From Tubiluchus corallicola (Eukaryota > Animalia > Priapulida), in NCBI GenBank assembly GCA_030141605.1, contig JAQGDQ010000414.1, positions 1-64,000 on the forward strand: DNA of 64,000 bases, written 5' to 3'. The notes beneath the pieces were generated by a model. That model did not search any database and had not been told where the DNA came from. It saw only the letters and a program-made list of their open reading frames with translations. Every line of letters starts with the position of its first letter. Position 1 is the first letter of the stretch. A program made the position numbers and the translations under genes. Positions 54,801 to 64,000 of this stretch are shown here, piece after piece.

Positions 54801-57800
54801 ACCCTAGAAGATTATTAAATACCCCATGCATTACAATACTTCAAAAACATGAACTTTCTAGGTCAAGCTAGATATCAATAAACATTAGTTTATTTACAAT
54901 ATTCTGAAAATCATATTCTGAAATGATTAAAATACTATCAAAAACTAGTTTTACTTAAATAGATAAATAAACCAGAAAAACTGCGATCGATTTGCTTCAA
55001 AATGTACACGATTAAATAAGGAACCTCACATTTACCATTTTTAGCAACGTAGCATTTACTACAACTTGGAAAAAATTGTTTGAAATGTGATTTTGGCACA
55101 TAGTTGCCAGAAATTACAATAATCCAGCATTTTTTACTAAGTTAATGTAATTTCAGAAAATTGCTTAATTTAAGAAGTCCATTAAAAATGCTTTTTCTTT
55201 GAAATGTTACAATGAAAACCCACATTGATATATATATTGCTCTCTTATATAGTCTTCTCTACTAAGCTTCATTGGTATACAATGCTTTCTTATTTAGTCT
55301 TCCACTAAACCGCATTGGTAATACATATATATTGTTCATTTATATGGTCTTCCACCATAAATTCGTTAATCAATTTATTTTCTAAAAAACATTTGGTGTC
55401 TTTTCCAAACCATCATTTGACCTACCAGTACAACAATATATGGAAAAGTGACAACAGTTTACATACAAAAGATTAGTACAAAAAACATACTTAAAATGGT
55501 CATACTCACGTAATATTAATAGTGATGGGATTGGAATGCATATAAGGGCTTATTGGAATGTAGTAGCTGGAATTTTCCGGTTGTCCACAGTCACGGTTCA
55601 GACAGTACACGTCGGTAACTTCAACCATATTCACGATACTGATTGTTGTTTGAGGAACATCGGGAACATTCGGCTCTAGCGGTATTCCTGATCTCATCCC
55701 TACATTTGCAGCGTCACCTGTCTCACCTGCTTCAGCTGATTCCCGATTCTCTGTAGTAATGTAAAAATCACAGACAACCATTCAGCTACTAGGCATTTTA
55801 GTGAGGTTAATCGATTTGCAGCATGAGCTGTTGAATAAATTCTAACAAATAATGGCACATAACAAATGGTGAAACAGAAAAACTAGTCCGGAATGTGAAG
55901 CTTTCGGATACAGTAGTTGCCGAAAGCATTTTGATACATAAAACCACCTACAGTTGTATCTACCTTACAGCTGACGAAGTCCATGATGGGCGAAAGCTCC
56001 TGGTGGAGAATGAAAATTTTTGAGACTTAATGGGCACTTTGTCTTCTTTGCGATTATGACCGTGACAAGTCTCAGCAGAGCACCATCTTATTTTCAAGCT
56101 AATCCAAAATTTGATCTGTTGGTATCACATAATTTAACCTGTTGGGCACAAAACTTAGCTTCCAGGTTCACGCAGATGTGGGGCAGTCAGCTTGCATGCC
56201 TACAGATTGACTCAAGATCACAACAGTGATCCAAGTTCATTCAGCAGACTAAAATATACTTTAGCAGCTGTACATGCAGAGCAGTTATGATGAAACAATC
56301 CACTTTAACTTTCAGTGTGACTGCAACTCAGAAGAGGTGAATCTAAGAAATGGGCTGAAATTCTGAAGGCGTATCTTAAAAAGTTGGCAAACTACTGAAA
56401 TACATTTTATTTCTCATTTTGCTATTGCTCTTGTTGTTTAATACTGAAAAATGTTGTCTCATTAAACAGTGCTTTTATTAACTATGGTTTTACGTATCAC
56501 GCGGTGACTATTGTACACACGCACGCGCGCACACATCCACACACGTATGTAAGCAACGCACGCCCATCTTGCTCACATGCAAAATGTAAAAACTATCATA
56601 TATAAGCATGGATGTTGCTCGCATGTTATGTTTTGAATTATGAGCTTCCACCAATTCTTCTAAATCTAAATCTTTTGTTTAGAACACCAATTACTATTGC
56701 CATGGAATGCGAAGCAACTCTATTCCTTGACGTCAGAATACGAAAACTGGCTTAATTAGTACATAAACGAGACCGGCATCATGGCAAAATACAACACCTG
56801 ATAGAGTTATTGCACAAGCGGATAAGCGAAAAATAGTTCCGAGGCAGCCTAATTTTCAATCTAATTATTGATTTTTTACCAACACATTATGAACCATGTA
56901 GACTGCATAAACTGCTTACATATTCACAATATTTTGACATAATTTTGTAACGTCTTCCTCAAGTGTTTTTAGAGCTACTTTTAGTCTAGACTTACTTTCC
57001 ACTATAATGACAATCCAGAGATGTACATAAAACCAATAAATAAATCACTATACAGTTAGGATAAATAAATAAAACATATGTTGTTGATGTCTCCCTTGAC
57101 TGAACTGTCAGATGCCAAAGAAGAACAGTTATAATCACAAACGACTTTCTAAGCTTAACAACAACTGAAACAGCTAAAATTTACCCAAGTTTTCAGTATC
57201 TCTCTTTTTCCTCAACTCAACGAAGCGCTTATACTTCTTAATCCGATATTTCTTCCACGCCGGATCTGTCGGCACGACAACCACCGCATCGTGTTGCTGA
57301 TGAGAACGAGTTAGCGGTGAAGACGCTGATGAAGATGGTAAATGCCTCTGCATCTGGGCTATAATGAAATTGATACATTAACACGACGCAAAGTTTTGCA
57401 GAAGTTCTAAGCTTGGTTTTCAGTACAGAAACAAAACGCTTCAAAAGATGGTGTTTGAATTTAAATATCTTACATTTCACAATAGCTAATAATAAATATT
57501 AAAATGTGTATAAACTTTAATGCAACAAAACTATGTACTTGTTAGATAACAAAGTACTACATTTATCTATTACCACCCACGAGAACTGTCGGTAGAAGAG
57601 AACACAATTTCTCCTTCCAAAATTGAGTACCGAATGATACAGGATAACATTTATCCTGGCTGCACCTTATATAATAGAGAAAATCGGATCTAATAAAATT
57701 CCTATATGGCAAAAACATACACTCTATTAACAAAATTTTTTTTTAAATTTTATTATCTGTAGTACTTTTCAATGTTTTATTAAATTTTATGGCAGTAGCT

Positions 57801-60800
57801 TTTTAAAAATGTTAAAAAACTCTGCAAGTTTATCGTAATTTTTATGTTATGTAGTGTCTAAAAAGTTTTTATGTTGCACGAAATCTTACGTGGACTATGT
57901 ACTTAAAGAATAAACTATATCTATATGTATCAATAGAGCAGAAGTGTGAATTACCTTGGTCTCCATCTCCCAGATGCTGTGGATTCGAAGATTCCTCCGT
58001 ACCCACCACTGGTGGATGGACATGGATTTCTTGTCCATGGCTTGCACCCGGTAAGTGATTATGATGGATGAAAACGCCTCCGCCACCTATGAAATAAGTT
58101 AGAAAGGATCTTGACGTTGAGTGACAATGGATCATAATTTATTGAACCCAAAATAAAGATACAGACTGCAGCCTCAAACAACCAGTTGCACAGTTGGTGA
58201 CATGTTATGACACTTTTGGAAAGATTCATAGTAATGCAACTAACAGACGATTAATAGTGTGGCTCACAAAAGGCTGACCACAATAATAATAATAATAACA
58301 ATAATAATCTTTATTTAATGTCGGCTTTTAGATAAACAATTAACATAAGCTCGTTTGCCAACTGTAAATAAAAATTCTACAACTAGACACCAGAAACTAT
58401 TAGTATCCCACTTTTACCCGAATTACTACGCTGACTATAGCATGAACAAAAATTTGAATAGAACAAGCTTGCCAAATTGACTAAGTTTGGAACAACTACT
58501 CATGGAGAAAAACACAAGTGAAGGGTGACAACTAGCATGAATTAATACACGTACTGCATCTGTTGACATTGATCAAGTTCTTACCGGTGTCCACATTACG
58601 TTTCGATTTTTCCGCTGTATGTGCGCATGTAAAAGAATATCAAAAAAGGGCAGCAGCATTATTGTTCAACAAAATTACGTACTAATAGGTACGTATGTGG
58701 TTTTAAGACAAAACCATGTGAATACTTGGGTTTAAATTTAGGTATATCAGATAAATCTTAATTTTGTGCAGTGAAATTTCTTACTTTAAAACAGCCAAAA
58801 AACAAGTAAACACTAGTCATATACCTAAAATTTATGGCACTAGCTTAAAAACTGTAGGACAAGAAAAAGCCTAAAGAAGACCAAATGAAGACAGGCCAAT
58901 TCCATGAACTTTCACCCAGATTTTCGGGTTACACACAAACAATGCTCCATTTAGGGAGCATGTACTCCATTGATTTTGTCTCATTAGTCCTATGTGGGTA
59001 AAATACAACAGTGAGTAACCTCGTTTTTGGATTTTGGCCCCTCGCTTGGAAGTTCAAAGCTTGTCAGCTTATTAAAACTCCAGAAGCTCATGTACCCTAT
59101 CATAGCAAAATACTTGCGAAAAAAATTCGAGCCCAGTCCAAAGCTATAGAAGGTTAAGATGTTTAACTGTAAAAACTGACCGATGCCTACTGCTGTTCAT
59201 CCCTTGACCACAGACCTTGACCCTGCTTGGAGTTACCCAAAATGTGGGTTTTATGAATTTAGCTTAAATTAAATAACTAAACAATGCACTTAAACAGGCA
59301 CAGGATACCTTCTTTCAATAAAAAAACTGACGTTCCAGTTTCAACGTTCTTCAAAGCAAGAGACATATAATACGAAACAGCATTAAACAAATAAATGCTC
59401 AGTTGAGAACAATTAGACTTCAACTTACCAAAATCAGGTCAGCTAGACTACAGAAGACAGAAAGTACAACACAATAACAACAATAAACGGGGTAACAATA
59501 CACACAAAATTAAAATAATGTATACGAAGCTAAAATAAAATTAACATGTTTGGACAAATGTAACACAGTAAAAAACAGACACGCAATTTTTTATTATTAG
59601 AACCATATAGACTATTTTACGTGGATTAAAATTACTGTGGATAAACCGAACTTTAAGTAAATCATACTATGAAGTTACTCAAACTGCTTCCTATAAGAAT
59701 TTTGTAATATAGGTTCCAGAGCACTCTTAAGATTTCTTGATGCTCAGTATTGATGATGAACTTATGAGAACTGTTCTGAGAAATTATTTCACATTTACTA
59801 AGAGTGTAAGATGCATAAACAACAGCGTGTACTTCCAGACCTTTTTGCAAGTGATTTTCAGCTTTCAACAAAGACCTTTGCATAAAGCATTGCTCTAGCA
59901 ATAGTAAGTGTAAAGCAACAAAAAATATACTACACGATAACAGGGAAAATTGACAGAATTAGACTTAAAAATTAAAACAACATCAAACACACAGACCTTC
60001 AGAAATTTCCGGATTGTAAGGAAAGCTTGGCCCTTGCGGTATATCTGGAGGCATAATCACTTTGGAAGGGTGAAGTGCGCCCTCTGTTAGCAGATCTTCT
60101 GTTTCCGTGCTACCATCTATGTCATGTGACCACTGTGTTGGACCAATGAAATCGAGTGAATCAGTGTTGTCCTTCTGCTTTCTTGGAGTCCTGATGTCTA
60201 AACAGTTAAAATTTTAGTATAATAGTTGCTATCAAACTGCCTTTGTTTATCATGAACTGTTATTGGGCAAGTCCTAAACAATTTAACATACATAACACTA
60301 CCATTCTTCTTAATTAACTTATATATGTTGCTAGGCTGATTGTAATGGTGATCCGCAACAATTAATGATACATTAATGCTAGTCACAAATTTACATTAAT
60401 CGGCTTTTTATAAAGTAAAATGCAAAACAGAACTACAAATCAAAAACTATGTAATCATATACAAGGAATAATAAAAAGATCGGTACTTTGCAACACAATA
60501 TTAACGTGTCCATAGCTTGCTTAGACATCTGTATTTGTTTACTAATGCAATACCTTACCAAAATGTAAATTCATAGATGCCAAAAACTCCCCATGGCATA
60601 ACAATTTACAGGTATGAAGTTTAGGCAAAGCACATGCGCAACACTAGTTACTTGATTATGTAAGTCTTTACCATAACACTATTTAATACATTTACAATGG
60701 GCCATGCATAATGTACAAAATGTCATGCATATATTTACGAAACATCTATTTTGTATAATTCACCAACAACAATTAGCTAGTAAATTCTTAAGCAGGATTT

Positions 60801-63800
60801 CTTTTTTATTACACAACAGTTCATTTTAAATGCATTGAATCTAGTAAGAACTAATAATATCTTTAAAAACTGTTAACTATACCTATACCAAAATAACACA
60901 TGCAAGTAAGAACAATATATTATTTGCACAGCCTACCTCGGTGTTTTGCACGTTTTAAGGAAGCTTCAAAAAATAACACACCACTTTTAATGAAAACAAA
61001 AGCATCTTAAACTTCTTAGCTTATTTCTAACATTTAACTTCGTGAAAAACATCACAGCAAAATAATACTCCGCCATTAAAAATGAAAAGACTACCTGAAA
61101 CAGTTAATTTCAGCTGTTAAAGCAAAACTGGACCAAATCTTAAACTGTTCTTAAAAATATTGAAACGAAACATACTATTTTTTCAAAAATGACGTACATG
61201 AAAGAATTATTACCAAATAAACACAATTTCACATTCGCGCCACTAGTTCTTCGCTGTTATATGCATTTTGTCATACGCTAGTTAGACGTATGCCTGCATT
61301 TCTGAAACGCATTGCACAAAAAGCAGGTGCTGTACCTCTCAGTTCAGATGTGTTAGTTTGTGACGAACTACACACCTTCAACAGCTCATGCGTGAGCACA
61401 GCAGTAAATTTGAAATTTGAATTTTTATCTCAAAATTTGCCTAGTTTAAATACAGCACACTGAATATCTTATAGCAGCATTGTACTTCAATTTTCACTTT
61501 CGCAAACATCTGCAACAGGCTCGTGGAATGTTTTTGCTGTTAAAAATTAAGTTAGTTTGTGATGTCATCAATAGTTGGCCTCGCCAGCCATTAATTAAAT
61601 TTTTAATCTATTATTCAGTTATCAGAAACGCTTTTGCAGTATTACTTGTGTTAAAATGTATACTTTTTATCTGACTTGAAAATGGGGTAATATATGAAAA
61701 ATCATCCTGTCTTCCTTCAAAAACAAATTTATATGATATCAAAGGCCAAACTTATTAATAGGTTTATTAGCAGTTATCACATTTCTTACACATGTTCTAG
61801 AGTAACAAAAAAACATACTCACACTTTAACAGTCAGTATTAACAAAAATATCACAACAACTCAAACATGCATTGTAACGCAGATTTCCTCACCAAAACTA
61901 ACCAACAGCAATATTACTCACCTGGCGGGGAAGCACAGTTCTCACACGGTGGAGTGTTCAGCGGCAAGTTTGCTGTAAATGGCACAACCTGGAGTGGGTG
62001 ATCCTGAGGCACCTGCGCTTGTGTTTTATTATGTGCTGTTAACAATCATGAATTATCAATTAAGTAATGTAACACGAGTTTACACTGCCACAATGTCATA
62101 CAATTCATTTCACGATGAAAAATGTAACACTTTTAGAAACAATCTCCGTGAAAGGGTTTAATAGCTCCCTGGATAGAATACATAATGGGAACAAACAGTT
62201 ACTTCAGTCTTGAACAAAATTCTATAGCGATAGAGTCAGATTCTTCTATCACTGAGTGTACAATGAATGATTGTACAAGCTCTTTTTTACTAAAATAAGA
62301 AAAATTGCATTTGTATTACAATATATTTTTACAGTAAGTCAGACGTAAAAAATACTCTAATACATAATGAGACTCACGTATGATAAAATCGGTTGGTTTC
62401 GGTTCTCGTACATAACAGCAAGAACTGACGTGACACGTCGTCCTTGGTAGCTGACAGTAATGAGGGATTAACAGTGGCGGAGAATGACCCGGTATTGGCG
62501 TTAGAGGAAGTGTACCTAGAAAAATAAAGTGTTACGGTGTGAAGCAACACAGGATTGCTTATAACACAAAAATGTGGTTCATAACGTTCTTTGAAAACTA
62601 TAACATCTTGGTATAAGCAACAAATATGCAGATATTAGTATTAACATTATTTATTCAGTTATAATGCACTTTAAATGCACACAAAAAATAAAGAAAAAAA
62701 TCACACAATGTAGCCTGTTATGTTGCAATCTTTCATTATGAGTCTTCATCGAATTTATTTATTGTGTCTATTCTTGTTATTAAGAATTATTTATATGTTA
62801 CATCAACAAAGGAGGGCACAAAAGATGAAAACATGACAAGTAAAAATTGAAATAATAGTTGTCGCAATACAAAACCATGTCAGGTCTTATATCAATTAGA
62901 AGCAGTTATAAAAACTGTGAACTAACTTTTGAGGCCAATTCCCGTCCCAATTTTTTCAGCCAAAATTTCATTCACAGCCAAATTTTAGTCACTTTTGTGC
63001 TACATTAGTCATAGTACAGCAAAAGCGTATTATGATATGGAACTAATCATGCGCCAACAGTAAAGGCTATATACGGTGAGAATCTAAGCAGTAACTTTAA
63101 GCATTAAACTTTAAGCATTTAAGCTTTAATTATCAGTTTCAAAATAGTTTATATATAAAAACTGGCTCATATTTTTTTAAACACCTGAAAATACAAAGTG
63201 AACAAAATAGTTTTACCTGTAGTGGAAGTTGTCGACTTGTCAGGAGGCAAAGTACTCTGTGTCCTGCAAAACAAAAGAAATTAATAAAATAATATATATG
63301 AAGCTAAAATAAATTAGCACGATTGGACAATGTAGCGCAGTAAAACAGGCAGAGCCCAAAATGCATAAATTCTGCTATGCAAAAACCTTTAATAGTCAGA
63401 CATATCTCTGTAGGAGTTGCCACTGAGTACACAAAATGAAATAACAAGTAGTGATATTACACTTGAATGCTTCAATGTATTAGACGAATTTGAATGTTGA
63501 ACATTACTCCTAAAGTTGTTTTTTATTAAAAAAAATAATCAGCCAAAAGAAAACCAGCATTTGGATACTTTGCGTAAAACAAGACAAAAAGGAAGTCGTC
63601 AAAAATGGAAAGCCAATAACAGACTAATAGCCAGGTGCTATTAATGGATGAAAGTTTGGACTGTCAAATTAAGACTACAACATCAAAAAACTCGTAAAAA
63701 CTACTCAATTGATAGCAACAAATGTGTCACATAACACGTGGGGAATTTACACGTTGTTATTACTACTAATGAAAAACAAAATTCCCAAAACGTAAACTTA

Positions 63801-63906
63801 CTGTTTATGACCAGTGATTACAGAGAGAGTCATGTTACTAGCAACAGCAGTCGGAGATTGCCGTTCATGCCATTCTAATATATACAACGTTGCCATGGCA
63901 ATTAAG
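51860..63906 (-). CDS. MYRF: Myelin regulatory factor (MYRF) homolog, TM end and luminal C-terminal half (5'-partial)
   Basis: Minus-strand exons: 63906-63802 (LIAMATLYIL, TM end), 63263-63217, 62515-62378 (HYCQLPRTTCHVSSCC), 61972-61922, 60197-59997, 58086-57955, 57358-57185, 55750-55510 (VYCLNRDC...YYIPISPY), 54803-54686 (VHLC...C), 53075-52983 (SHQW...FTFRVA) and 51988-51860 (LYFYRVC...KW*). All phases are consistent and the Cys/aromatic pattern matches the MYRF C-terminal domain. Confidence 0.88.
55225..55365. repeat. Degenerate tandem repeat, ~3 x 42-50 bp
   Basis: Recurrent CATTG(G/A)TA...TTAT(A/T)T(A/G)GTCTTC..AC unit. Confidence 0.55.
55968..56002 (+). ncRNA. Minimal type I hammerhead ribozyme motif (Penelope-type)
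   Basis: CAG-CUGACGA-A-GUCCA(UGA)UGGGC-GAAA-GCUC-CUG: intact core, 5-bp stem II, palindromic AGCU in place of stem III, and 3-bp stem I. Confidence 0.6.
61160..61720 (-). mobile_element. Dispersed repeat family B, copy 3 (longest)
   Basis: Reverse complement of the 19290/32564 family. It explains the similar spurious ORFs 61480..61674(+) and 32541..32774(-). Confidence 0.7.
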
Positions 63907-64000
63907 CTGTAAACAAAATCAAATGATAATCAGTGGATGCACGACAGAAGTGTAAAAGAAACTAATCAATTTTTTCAGTGGTTACCTATTCAGGTAGAAA

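Noticed and set aside
59327-59360. Minus-strand hammerhead-like TTGAAGA...GGAACGTC
   Set aside because: Core positions are mutated and stem II is weak. Possibly a dead Penelope end, but unsupported.
63986-64000. Additional MYRF exon end at the window edge
   Set aside because: A phase-compatible donor exists, but the encoded FYLNS does not fit the expected TM helix. Too little sequence to call.

Overview
AT-rich, intron-rich animal (probably invertebrate) genomic DNA. No CRISPR, rRNA or prokaryotic features are present, and most short ORFs in the track are spurious. Four spliced host genes can be rebuilt by hand with consistent GT-AG phases: a ZNRF3/RNF43-like PA-TM-RING E3 ligase (+, 16427-23703, 5' exons not found), INO80B (-, 25669-33405), a TLCD1/2-like TLC-domain gene (+, 40671-46553) and the 3' half of MYRF (-, 51860 to beyond 63906). 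Bases 1-5098 are a young two-ORF APE-RT LINE (RTE-X-like). Its ORF2 is split by an 817-bp Helitron-like insertion at an A|T site, and removing the insertion restores the frame. Bases 5966-14699 are a recent complex tandem duplication with microhomology junctions that copies a bipartite TCF/Helper (Wnt-response-like) site upstream of, or within an intron of, the Wnt-feedback ligase. Other notable items are a minimal Penelope-type hammerhead ribozyme motif in a MYRF intron, a 300-bp bipartite RTE-derived non-autonomous element with a TSD, several MITE families, a likely spliced alternative ZNRF3 C-terminus, and an RKKR convertase motif in the MYRF luminal region. I cannot support a wholly new system from sequence alone; these are the best leads. 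Family assignments rest on recalled motifs, not on database searches.
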